A stretch of DNA of 64,000 bases. Source: Nibricoccus sp. (GTDB taxonomy: Bacteria; Verrucomicrobiota; Verrucomicrobiia; Opitutales; Opitutaceae). The DNA is taken from the NCBI GenBank assembly GCA_047602425.1, contig JASGHG010000001.1, forward strand, positions 2,656,001 through 2,720,000, read 5' to 3'. Below are positions 8,984-17,903 of the stretch, piece by piece. Both the position numbers and the translations under genes were made by a program. The notes below the pieces were generated by a model that worked only from the letters and a program-made list of their open reading frames with translations, was not told the origin of the DNA and did not search any database. Every line of letters begins with the position of its first letter. Position 1 is the stretch's first letter.

Positions 8984-10120
8984 ATGTCCGATACCGACCA
9001 AGACTCAAAAACAGAGCAGGCGACCGACAAACATTTGTCGGAAGCGCGGTCAAAGGGTCAGTTCGCGAAGTCGCCGGAAATTTCGGTGGTGGCAATGCTG
9101 ACCGCGACGTTGGGCGCCTTGGCGTTAACGATGGGGACGGCGGCGAGCGAACTGGGTGGTCTGGCCGTAAGCATTTTTTCCAATTTGGGCTCGGCGCAAG
9201 TGACGACCGGAACGCTGGCTTCGCAACTAGGCGATATCATGCTGGTGATTGGGAAAGTTCTCGGTCCGATCATGGCGGCGGCGGTATTGGCCGCATTGAT
9301 TTCGGGTGGCATCCAAAGCGGTTTTCATTTCACGCCGGAGGTGCTGGGTTTTCACATTGAAAATTTGAATCCGGCGTCGGGCTTTCAAAAGCATTTTTCC
9401 AAAGCTGTATTCGTGCGCGCGGGCGTGGATTTGCTCAAATTGGTATGTATCGGAATGGTTCTATGGGTGGCGGCACGGAGCCTGTTTCGCGATCCGATTT
9501 TCACTGCGCCGGTCGAAGTGGTTTACGTCGGGCAATTCCTCGGCCGTGCGATGAAATCATTTATGTCTCGGCTCATTCTCATGCTGAGCGTGATCGCCGC
9601 GATCAGCTACTTCTACGAGTTCTACAAGACGAAAAAGGACATGATGATGACGCGTGAGGAAGTGAAGGAGGAGCACAAGCAGTCTGAAGGCGACGGCATG
9701 GTGAAAAGCGCGATGCGTCGCATGGCGCGTCGACTCGTGCAGAAGCAGATGCTGGCCAAGGTTCCAACCGCCGATGTCATCATCACCAATCCGACCCACT
9801 ACGCGGTGGCGTTGAAATACGAACGCGGCCTCGACAAGGCGCCAATCGTATTGGCGAAAGGGGAAAATCAATTCGCCCGCCGCATCAAGGCGCTCGCTGC
9901 GGAGCACGGTGTGCCAATGGTCGAGAACAAGCCTGTCGCCCGCATGCTTTATGCGCTGGGTCGCGTCGACGAAACAATTCCCTCCGAGCTATATCAGGCC
10001 GTGGCGGAGATCCTGGCCTTCGTTTATCGGACGCATCGTTACTATTTCTACCGCCTGAAATCCCGCCGGGCCGAAGCCGCCGCCGCGACACCCACGGTTG
10101 CCGAAACCGCCGGCAACTGA
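8984..10120 (+). CDS. flhB: Flagellar export switch protein FlhB
   Basis: KTEQAT...ARSKGQ N-terminus, TM helices, NPTHYAVAL autocleavage motif. Confidence 0.97.
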   Translation: MSDTDQDSKTEQATDKHLSEARSKGQFAKSPEISVVAMLTATLGALALTMGTAASELGGLAVSIFSNLGSAQVTTGTLASQLGDIMLVIGKVLGPIMAAAVLAALISGGIQSGFHFTPEVLGFHIENLNPASGFQKHFSKAVFVRAGVDLLKLVCIGMVLWVAARSLFRDPIFTAPVEVVYVGQFLGRAMKSFMSRLILMLSVIAAISYFYEFYKTKKDMMMTREEVKEEHKQSEGDGMVKSAMRRMARRLVQKQMLAKVPTADVIITNPTHYAVALKYERGLDKAPIVLAKGENQFARRIKALAAEHGVPMVENKPVARMLYALGRVDETIPSELYQAVAEILAFVYRTHRYYFYRLKSRRAEAAAATPTVAETAGN

Positions 10121-10149
10121 CCCGAACCAGTTCAATTTCCTAAAAATCC

Positions 10150-12351
10150 ATGCCAGCCGCCGCCCCCACCGCCAACGCCGCCGTATCGAGCTCCGATTCC
10201 GCCCCCGTGCTGAACAATCTCCTGAAGCGCGCCGACCTGATCTTTACCGCCGCGCTGTTCGGCACGGTGATGCTGCTGATCGTCCCCGTGCCGCCACTCG
10301 TGCTCGACATGCTGCTCGCGCTCAGCATCGGCCTGTCGCTCATGGTGCTGCTGGTGATCGTCTACGTGAAGGATCCACCGGAGTTCTCGGGTTTTCCCAC
10401 GATTTTGCTCGGGCTGACGCTCTATCGTTTGGCGCTAAATATTTGTTCGACCCGGCTCATTTTGACCAAGGGCCACGCAGGCAATATCATTGAATCGTTC
10501 GGTCACTTTGTGATTCAGGGCAACTACATCGTCGGCTTCGTGGTGTTCCTGATTCTGATTGTGATCAACTTCGTGGTTATCACCAAGGGCGCCGGCCGCA
10601 TCGCCGAAGTAAGCGCGCGTTTCACCTTGGACGCGATGCCGGGCAAGCAGATGGCCATCGATGCCGAACTCAATGCCGGCATCATTGACGAGTCCACCGC
10701 AACGTCGCGTCGTCTGAAAATCCAGAAAGAGGCCGATTTCTATGGCGCCATGGACGGTGCTTCGAAATTCGTGCGCGGCGACGCCATCGCGGGCATCCTC
10801 ATCACGCTGGTCAACGTCATTGGCGGTTTTGCGATCGGCGTTTTCCAAATGGATCTTTCGCTCGCCGAAGCGCTTCAAAAATTCACCCTTCTCTCCATCG
10901 GTGACGGTCTCGTGGCGCAAGTCCCCGCATTGATCATCTCCGTCGCGGCCGGTATCCTCGTCACCCGCGCTTCCGACAACACGAATCTCGGCATGCAAAT
11001 TGGCCGGCAGTTCGTGAAATACCCACGGGCGCTCGGCATTGCCGCTGTGATGCTGGCTGTCTTCGGCGTGATGCCGGGCATGCCCATCCTTCCATTTTTC
11101 CTGCTGGCCAGCACGCTTGGTTATGTCGCCTGGTTGCTCAAAAAGCAAATGCCTGAAGAAGCGTCCGAGGCTACGCGCGGCGGTCCTGTCGCCGCCAAGG
11201 GCAAGGACGGCAAGCCTCTTCCCGCCGGGCAACAACCTGCGGCCACCGGCAAGACCGGCCATTCCGCCACCGACGACTTACGCAAGCTCATCGACCTCGA
11301 CGTTTTTGCCATCGAGATTGGCTACGGCCTGCTTCCTCTGGCGGATGCGGCCAAGGGCGGCGATTTGCTTTCCCGCGTGACCGGTGTCCGTCGTTCGCTC
11401 GCGAAGGATCGGGGCATCGTCATGCCGCCGGTTTCGGTGCGGGATAATCTCGAACTCGAGCCGAACGACTACCGTTTCCTCCTCCGGGGAAAGCCCATTG
11501 CTCGCGGCAATGTCCATCCGGGCCGCTGGATGGCCATGAACGTTTCCGGCAGCAACGTGCGCTTGCGCGGTGTGCCAACCCGTGAACCTGTTTTCAATCT
11601 CGAAGCCACTTGGATCGAGGAAAACGAGAAAAAGACCGCCGAACTCAACGGCTACACGGTCGTCGATCCGTCGTCGGTCATGATCACGCACCTTTCGGAA
11701 TCGCTAAAATCCGTCGCCCACTTGTTGCTAGGTCGTCAGGACGTGCAAACCCTCGTCGATCACGTGAAGGAAACGAATCCCGCACTCGTCGCCGAGTTGT
11801 TGCCCGACTTGGTCAATCTCGGCGTTATCCAGCGCGTTCTCCAGAATCTGCTGCGCGAAAATGTTTCGATCATCAACCTACCGCTCATCCTGGAATGCAT
11901 CGGCGACTTCGCCTCGCTGACGAAAAATCCCGACGACCTCAGCGAACTCGTTCGCCGCCGGCTCGGCATGTATTTTGTTCCTGAATACGAGTACCGTCCT
12001 GGCGCGATCAAGGCCCTCACGCTCGACCCGCGCCTCGAACAAATTCTTGCGGGCAAAATCCATCGCACCGCGAGCGAAGTCGGCCTCGCGCTCGAACCCG
12101 CCACCGGCCACCATTTGCTCAACGAACTCAATCAGCGCACGACCGAACTCGTGCAGCAGGGCCTGCCTGCGGCGCTCGTGGTTTCGGCGGAGATCCGTCT
12201 GCCGGTCAAACGCTTCTTCGAGCCGTCGCTCCCGCGTTTGGTTGTCCTCTCTTTCCAGGAATTGCCTAGCTCGGTCGAAGTGGAAAACGCCGGCTTCATC
12301 CCGCTGCCCGCCCACCTAAACCGAGTCGAACCCGCCAAAGTCGCCGCCTGA
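10150..12351 (+). CDS. flhA: Flagellar export gate protein FlhA
   Basis: RIAEVSARFTLDAMPGKQMAIDAEL, FYGAMDGASKFVRGDA (FHIPEP family). Confidence 0.97.
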   Translation: MPAAAPTANAAVSSSDSAPVLNNLLKRADLIFTAALFGTVMLLIVPVPPLVLDMLLALSIGLSLMVLLVIVYVKDPPEFSGFPTILLGLTLYRLALNICSTRLILTKGHAGNIIESFGHFVIQGNYIVGFVVFLILIVINFVVITKGAGRIAEVSARFTLDAMPGKQMAIDAELNAGIIDESTATSRRLKIQKEADFYGAMDGASKFVRGDAIAGILITLVNVIGGFAIGVFQMDLSLAEALQKFTLLSIGDGLVAQVPALIISVAAGILVTRASDNTNLGMQIGRQFVKYPRALGIAAVMLAVFGVMPGMPILPFFLLASTLGYVAWLLKKQMPEEASEATRGGPVAAKGKDGKPLPAGQQPAATGKTGHSATDDLRKLIDLDVFAIEIGYGLLPLADAAKGGDLLSRVTGVRRSLAKDRGIVMPPVSVRDNLELEPNDYRFLLRGKPIARGNVHPGRWMAMNVSGSNVRLRGVPTREPVFNLEATWIEENEKKTAELNGYTVVDPSSVMITHLSESLKSVAHLLLGRQDVQTLVDHVKETNPALVAELLPDLVNLGVIQRVLQNLLRENVSIINLPLILECIGDFASLTKNPDDLSELVRRRLGMYFVPEYEYRPGAIKALTLDPRLEQILAGKIHRTASEVGLALEPATGHHLLNELNQRTTELVQQGLPAALVVSAEIRLPVKRFFEPSLPRLVVLSFQELPSSVEVENAGFIPLPAHLNRVEPAKVAA

Positions 12352-12358
12352 GCCAGCC

Positions 12359-13477
12359 ATGAACACCCAAGATCAACCGTCCACGCTGCAACCCGGCGCC
12401 ACTTACCGTTTTGTCGTTCGCTCGGCCGAGGAGGCCGTGCAAACCATCCGCGAACGCCTCGGCGAAGACGCCCGCGTGCTCTCTGTCCGACAGTTGAAAG
12501 GCGAGGGGCTCGGCGGACTTTTTGGCCGGGCCAAGCTTGAAGTCGTCGCGCAAGTCGCGATTCCCGAACCGAACCTTTTGCCATATCCACCGGGAGGCGT
12601 TTCCGCCGGTACGGCTGGCGCCGCGGGCGAAGCCGCTTCGGAGGATTCGACGTTGTCGTCCCGTCTGACGGATTACGCCACGGCTCGAGCCGCCGCTGCT
12701 TCGGTGCAGCGCGATGTGCCTACGCGTCTGCCTGAACTTTTGCGTCGCGCCGGATTCTCAGAATCGGCTTTGGCTCGCTTGCAATCGCTGCCGGTTTTTG
12801 CCGCGCAGTCAGAACAACCTTTGCACCACGCCATCGCCGAGGTCGGCCGAGCGCTGCGCCAGATCGTGGAAAAGCGTCCGGCCCGGCCGCTGCCGATGCG
12901 CGTCGCCTTTTTGGGCACGCCCGGAGTGGGGCGCACGACGGCCCTCTGCAAGTGGCTTTCCCGTGAAGTTTTTTCGAAGAAGAAAATGGCGCGCGTGCTG
13001 AAGGCCGAGTTTGACCGGCCCAATCCTGCCGAGGGACTCGCGGTGTTTTGCGAGGCGCTGGGTGTGACGCTCGATTACCACGCGCCTGGCCAGGACGACG
13101 CCGGGTATGCGCCCACCGGCGAAACTCAAGGGTCTTTGTTTGCCGATTTGCCCGGTCTTTCGCTGCGCTCGCCTTCGGAAAACGCCGCCCTTGCGAAATT
13201 CCTGGATCGCGGACGCTTCACTGGCCGCGTGCTCGTGCTCAATGCCGCTTACGATGCTGCCATGCTGCGCCGTGCCTACGCCGCCGGTCGCGATCTTGGT
13301 GCGACCCACCTCGTTTTCACGCACCTCGACGAACTGGAACATTGGGGCAAGCTCTGGGACTTGCTGCTTGAGGGCGAAATGACCCCGCTGTTTCTCGCGA
13401 CCGGTCCGAGCCTCTCCGGCGATTGCGAGGAAAACCTCCTCGACGCCATCCTGCGCCGCACGCTGCCCGGAGCTTAA
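12359..13477 (+). CDS. flhF: FlhF-like SRP-family GTPase with degenerate motifs
   Basis: Position after flhA; N-terminal EAV..IR..LG.DA.VLSVR; GTPGVGRTT, DLPG, THLDE. Confidence 0.85.
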   Translation: MNTQDQPSTLQPGATYRFVVRSAEEAVQTIRERLGEDARVLSVRQLKGEGLGGLFGRAKLEVVAQVAIPEPNLLPYPPGGVSAGTAGAAGEAASEDSTLSSRLTDYATARAAAASVQRDVPTRLPELLRRAGFSESALARLQSLPVFAAQSEQPLHHAIAEVGRALRQIVEKRPARPLPMRVAFLGTPGVGRTTALCKWLSREVFSKKKMARVLKAEFDRPNPAEGLAVFCEALGVTLDYHAPGQDDAGYAPTGETQGSLFADLPGLSLRSPSENAALAKFLDRGRFTGRVLVLNAAYDAAMLRRAYAAGRDLGATHLVFTHLDELEHWGKLWDLLLEGEMTPLFLATGPSLSGDCEENLLDAILRRTLPGA

Positions 13478-13512
13478 TTTTCCATCCAGACAACCGATTT
13501 TAAAAACCCGTC

Positions 13513-13782
13513 ATGCGCTTCATCTTTCTCATTGGTGGTTTCGTTTGTTTCGTGCTCGTCTCGCTCGGCGGCTGGCTGGCCGATCGTGCGATCGACAACA
13601 TCCTGCGCGATGCGGCGATCGCGGCGCTGATCGGCGGTTTTCTTTTCCGCTGGTTCTGGTCGATTTTCGTGAAACTCCTGAGTCAGGCCGTACGCGCAAA
13701 ACGCGCCGCCGAAAAGGCGCGCGAAGACGCTGCTCATGCCGCCGCGAAGGCCGCAGCCAACGCCGCCCTGAAGCGCACCTAA
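13513..13782 (+). CDS. Small two-TM hypothetical protein
   Basis: 89 aa, two hydrophobic helices and an Ala/Lys-rich tail; co-oriented in the operon. Confidence 0.7.
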   Translation: MRFIFLIGGFVCFVLVSLGGWLADRAIDNILRDAAIAALIGGFLFRWFWSIFVKLLSQAVRAKRAAEKAREDAAHAAAKAAANAALKRT

Positions 13783-14017
13783 ATTTTTGCCCCGCTCATT
13801 CCTTTCTCGCGCCATTTGCTGAAGCAGGGATTGCCGGGGTGGATTTGCCTTGCTGGCGATGGGGTAAACCCGTTGCACCACCGCACAACTTTCACTGGAG
13901 CAACGGGATATGTCGCTACAGTTTTGAGATTTTGCGTCGTTATATATTTTGTCGAACGAGCTATTCGACGTGAGTTGCCCGGATCGCGGACCCGGGAAAT
14001 CTCGGTTGGACGGAGTG

Positions 14018-14032
14018 GGGAAAATTTTGCCG
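14018..14032 (+). promoter_or_regulatory. Putative sigma54 enhancer (ftr-like, imperfect) upstream of fliA
   Basis: GGGAA-AATTT-TGCCG, ending 108 bp before the -24 GG. Confidence 0.5.
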
Positions 14033-14138
14033 AGAGCCGTTTGGCTCTGGCGGCGACTTCGAGAAATTTGGCGGTTTTGCATGAAATAAATTTTTTAACC
14101 CTCTGGTATTAGCCGGGTAACGGCTCACTTAGGGTGCT

Positions 14139-14154
14139 TGGCATCACGCATGCG
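14139..14154 (+). promoter_or_regulatory. sigma54 promoter of fliA
   Basis: TGGCATCACGCATGCG = GG-N10-GC, preceded by an AT-rich tract. Confidence 0.65.
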
Positions 14155-14271
14155 ATAGGGAGATCCGTGAAGTTAGCCCACGTCCAAAACACCATAGCGA
14201 CCCTCCGGTTGCTTGCCTCCTGAAAAGTTAGCCTCCCTCGCATCTCAATCGCTCCCCAACCCTGCCGCCCT

Positions 14272-15069
14272 ATGAAAAATGCTTCCTCCGCCGCCCTCGC
14301 CACTGAACCCACACACGCCGCCAGCGCTTGGAGAATCTATCAGGGTGCCCAGTCTGAACACCTCGATGAGAAAGAGCTCATCGAGCGTTATCTCCCCCTC
14401 GTGCGCAACGTGGTTGACCGTATCAAGCTCAACCTGCCGCCGCACGTCGACGTGGAAGACCTTTACTCCGTGGGTGTTACTGGCTTGATCGCCGCCGTCC
14501 GCCGTTACGATCCCGAGCAGGGCCACACTTTTGCCGGCTACGCCACGACCCGCATTCGCGGCGCCATTCTCGACGAACTCCGCCGCCTCGACTGGTGCCC
14601 GCGCCGTGCCCGCGCCAAGGCCAAGAAGCTCAAGGAGTCGATCAACGAACTCGAACAGAAGCTCGGCCGCGCCGCCAGCGAAGAGGAAGTTCGCCAGCAC
14701 CTGAATCTCACGCCCAAGGAATACGCCAAATGGATGGAGGAAGCCCGTCCGGTTTGTTTCGTCGCGATCGACCAGACCGCCGAAAATGAAGATTCCGAAG
14801 GCGCTTCGCTTCACGAGCTGATCGCTGACGAGTCCGATGTTTCCGTTCGCGACCGCATGGAAAAGGAAGAGCTCATGCAGATGGTGGCCACCCGCATCGC
14901 CGAGCTCCCGGAAATTCCGAAGAAGATCCTCGCCATGTACTACTTCGAAAACATGCGCTTGGCCGAAATCGCCGCGGTTTTCGATCTGACGGAGTCCCGT
15001 ATTTGCCAGATTCACGCGCAGACCGTGATTGGTCTCCGCGCTTACATCCAGCGCATGCGCAGCCGCTAA
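14272..15069 (+). CDS. fliA: Flagellar sigma factor sigma28
   Basis: RIRGAILDELRRLDW, region 4 LAEIAAVFDLTESRICQIH. Confidence 0.96.
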   Translation: MKNASSAALATEPTHAASAWRIYQGAQSEHLDEKELIERYLPLVRNVVDRIKLNLPPHVDVEDLYSVGVTGLIAAVRRYDPEQGHTFAGYATTRIRGAILDELRRLDWCPRRARAKAKKLKESINELEQKLGRAASEEEVRQHLNLTPKEYAKWMEEARPVCFVAIDQTAENEDSEGASLHELIADESDVSVRDRMEKEELMQMVATRIAELPEIPKKILAMYYFENMRLAEIAAVFDLTESRICQIHAQTVIGLRAYIQRMRSR

Positions 15070-15100
15070 GCAGCAATTTTTTCCTGTTATGCATTCGAAG

Positions 15101-15133
15101 GACCCCCGTTTTAGCGACCGGGGGTCTTTTTTT
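15101..15133 (+). terminator. Intrinsic terminator after fliA
   Basis: GACCCCCG-loop-CGGGGGTC followed by T7. Confidence 0.85.
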
Positions 15134-15192
15134 GCCGTCGGGATTTTTCCCACTGGGCGATGCATGTTTCTGTTACGTTGCGTGATGGAGGC

Positions 15193-15220
15193 TAAAGAGA
15201 CGGCACAGATGAGCCGTTAG
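15193..15220 (+). promoter_or_regulatory. Candidate sigma28 promoter of motAB
   Basis: TAAA-N16-GCCGTTAG located between the terminator and motA. Confidence 0.55.
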
Positions 15221-15243
15221 GGTAAAACACCCGGTTAACCAAT

Positions 15244-16119
15244 ATGTTGATCCTTGTCGGAGCGTTTATCGTTTTTGCAGCGACCCTAGGCGGCTTTATG
15301 TACGCCGGCGGGAAGCCCGTTTTGCTCCTGCATCTCTCGGAGTTCATGGTCATCGGCGGCATCGCGTTGGGCGTTCTCGTGATCGCGAGTCCGACCCACA
15401 TGCTCAAGGAAATCATCCACAAGGTGAAACACGCCGTGCTCGGCAAACCGACCAGCAAAGCCGAATATTTCGATCTCCTGAAAATGCTGTACGAGATTTT
15501 CATGGTCGGCCGCCGCAACGGTCTGATTGCGCTCGAAGAGCACGTGATGAATCCCGGCAGCAGTTCCATCTTTGCGAAGTACCCTTCGTTCACTGCCAAC
15601 CACGAACGCATGCAATTTCTCATCAACGGACTCAAGCCCGTGATCGACGGCAAAATCAAACCCGACCAGCTCGAAGACTTGATGTACACCGAACTCGAAG
15701 CCAAGGGCGAGGAAGGCGACCATCCCGTACATCTGCTTCAACTCGTGGGCGATTCCTTGCCTGGCATCGGCATCGTTGCCGCTGTGCTCGGTATCATCAA
15801 CACCATGGCTGCCATCGCCGATGGACCCGAGGCCGTGGGTGAACGTGTGGCGGCCGCGTTGACCGGCACATTTCTTGGCGTGTTTTTCGCCTACGGTTTC
15901 ATCAACCCGATGGCCAATCGCGTGAAATTCAACAACGCCGCCGAGATGACCTACATGAAGTGCATTCTCGCCGCGGTCGCCGGTTTCGCCAAGGGCCTCG
16001 CCCCGCTGACGGCCGTCGAAGTTGCCCGCCGCTCCCTCGATAGTGGCGTCCAGCCTGCCGCCGATGAACTCGAGCAAACCCTCAAGTCCATGCCCGCCCC
16101 CGGTAAATCCCAGGGCTGA
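15244..16119 (+). CDS. motA: Flagellar stator MotA
   Basis: RRNGLIALEEH, DSLPGIGIVAAVLGII, AALTGTFLG. Confidence 0.96.
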   Translation: MLILVGAFIVFAATLGGFMYAGGKPVLLLHLSEFMVIGGIALGVLVIASPTHMLKEIIHKVKHAVLGKPTSKAEYFDLLKMLYEIFMVGRRNGLIALEEHVMNPGSSSIFAKYPSFTANHERMQFLINGLKPVIDGKIKPDQLEDLMYTELEAKGEEGDHPVHLLQLVGDSLPGIGIVAAVLGIINTMAAIADGPEAVGERVAAALTGTFLGVFFAYGFINPMANRVKFNNAAEMTYMKCILAAVAGFAKGLAPLTAVEVARRSLDSGVQPAADELEQTLKSMPAPGKSQG

Positions 16120-16145
16120 TCCCCATCGGCTGATCGGAGTCTCGC

Positions 16146-17048
16146 ATGTCCAAGAAACATCGCAAAAAAAAGGGCGACGGCCACCACGGCGGAGCGTGGA
16201 AGGTGGCCTTTGCCGACTTCATGACCGCGATGATGGCTTTGTTTCTGGTGCTTTGGATTTCCGCGCAGGAGAAAAAAATCCTCATCGCCACCGCGCGCTA
16301 TTTTCAAAATCCCTTTTCCTCGCCGATCGACCGCACCTCGGGCGTCATGCCCTACGATCAGAACAAACCGAGCAAGCCCCACGGCGACGATTCCGGTGCC
16401 GACGAACCCCAGACCAGCAAGCGCGACATCGATCTCAATTACCTCAACTCCCTCGCGAAGGACTTTTTCAAGCTCCTGAATCTCGATCAGGATCTCGCGG
16501 AAAAACCGATCGACATCCAAGTCACCAGTGACGGCCTGCGCATCATGCTCTACGACCGCGCGCGCAAACCACTCTTTGTCGACAAAACCGCTGAGTTTAC
16601 CGAGTGGGGCCAATTCGTCATGCAAAGCCTTGCCTGGATGATCGACCGCCAGAAATTCCGTGTCGTTATCGAAGGCCATACCCGCAAGGGCCTTGATCTG
16701 CCCAAGGCCGAGTACACGGCTTGGGAACTCTCCGCCGACCGCGCGAACGCCGCCCGCCGTTTGCTCACGCTTTACGCGGTGGATGAAGCCCGCATCGAAC
16801 GCGTGACCGGTTACGCCGACACGCGCCCCATGCCTTTCCAAACGCCCGATTCCGAGTCCAACCAACGCGTCACCCTCAGCCTCACCGTGAGCCAGCGTAC
16901 CAAAGAGCTTAGGGACAAAACCCACGACGCCAAAACACCTTCCGCCGCCCCCGCGGTGACTCCCGCTCCTGAACCCAAAAAACCTGCCGAAACCTCCGCC
17001 TTGCCGCCTAAGCCCGGCACGCGCGCCGGCCTCGCTGACTTCCGATGA
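16146..17048 (+). CDS. motB: Flagellar stator MotB
   Basis: GGAWKVAFADFMTAMMA with the ion-binding Asp; OmpA-like domain WELSADRANAAR. Confidence 0.95.
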   Translation: MSKKHRKKKGDGHHGGAWKVAFADFMTAMMALFLVLWISAQEKKILIATARYFQNPFSSPIDRTSGVMPYDQNKPSKPHGDDSGADEPQTSKRDIDLNYLNSLAKDFFKLLNLDQDLAEKPIDIQVTSDGLRIMLYDRARKPLFVDKTAEFTEWGQFVMQSLAWMIDRQKFRVVIEGHTRKGLDLPKAEYTAWELSADRANAARRLLTLYAVDEARIERVTGYADTRPMPFQTPDSESNQRVTLSLTVSQRTKELRDKTHDAKTPSAAPAVTPAPEPKKPAETSALPPKPGTRAGLADFR

Positions 17049-17281
17049 AACCCTTCCTCACTGGCCGCACCCAGGTCAAATCCGCCACGCTCCAACCCAT
17101 TCCCGGCCTCGGTGCCGCCGAAGCCGTCGCCCGCGCCGTCGCCACGCATAAACATTCGAAAGAAGGAAGCGGCCCCACCGTCGAGACCATCAAGCAGGGC
17201 GACAAAGTCGTCCGCCTCGTCGTCACCTGCTCCTGTGGGGAACGCATCGAAATCGACTGCCTTTATCCCGCCGGAGGTTGA
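17045..17281 (+). CDS. Small Cys-containing hypothetical protein, translationally coupled to motB
   Basis: ATGA overlap with the motB stop; VTCSCGERIEIDC. Confidence 0.7.
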   Translation: MKPFLTGRTQVKSATLQPIPGLGAAEAVARAVATHKHSKEGSGPTVETIKQGDKVVRLVVTCSCGERIEIDCLYPAGG

Positions 17282-17466
17282 AGGGGCGGGGGGAGTGCCC
17301 GCGCTTTCCTTTGCCTCTGTTGACCGGTTTGGCTTGCGTGACGAACAGTTTTGCCTCTGAGTCACGGCATGCAGCGCGAAATAACCAACGCGGGATTTAG
17401 GTGGTTGCTCCTGGTTGCCGCCAGGTCTGATTCCGCGCCGATCATTGGCTGCACCAAAACCGACTC

Positions 17467-17814
17467 ATGAAAAACCTCGCCTTGTTCATTCTCGCATCGG
17501 CGCTCGTCTCCGGTGCTTTTGCCCAGTCCTCGACGCGGCCCCCGCAGTCGCAACCGACCGACAAGGAGGTTGCCGTTCAGTCCGAGGTCAAGGACCTTGC
17601 CCGCGGTTACGCGCTCGCGTTTTCGCAGCTTTCACGGCCGCCGCTCACCCTCGTTTTTCAACGGGAAGGGCAACAGCGCGTGCTCGAGGACGTCAAAGCC
17701 GTGCGCGCCGCTGAAGGCGTGTTGGTGGTCGAAGTCGGCCGCGGCCTGATCTACGTGATCAACGCCAAGGACGTGCTGTACCTGACTGACGGCGGAAAAC
17801 TCGTGAACAAGTAG
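17467..17814 (+). CDS. Secreted hypothetical protein
   Basis: Signal peptide MKNLALFILASALVSGAFA; 115 aa. Confidence 0.75.
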   Translation: MKNLALFILASALVSGAFAQSSTRPPQSQPTDKEVAVQSEVKDLARGYALAFSQLSRPPLTLVFQREGQQRVLEDVKAVRAAEGVLVVEVGRGLIYVINAKDVLYLTDGGKLVNK

Positions 17815-17833
17815 TTCGCGACACCGCGGGACT

Positions 17834-17860
17834 TCAGAAACCCGCCGAGTGGGCCGATAA
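17834..17860 (+). promoter_or_regulatory. Candidate sigma28 promoter of sugar-binding protein gene
   Basis: TCAG-N15-GCCGATAA (perfect -10 element). Confidence 0.5.
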
Positions 17861-17903
17861 ATTGATGGTCGGCAGCCGTTTTGTGCGACCGACCTTCAAC
17901 CCT

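Noticed and set aside
13783..14271. c-di-GMP riboswitch or small ORFs upstream of fliA
   Set aside because: No convincing riboswitch architecture by eye; the region is explained by enhancer, AT tract and sigma54 promoter (a covariance search would be decisive)
17437..17444. GCCGATCA as a sigma28 -10 for the 17467 gene
   Set aside because: No acceptable -35 at 15-16 bp spacing
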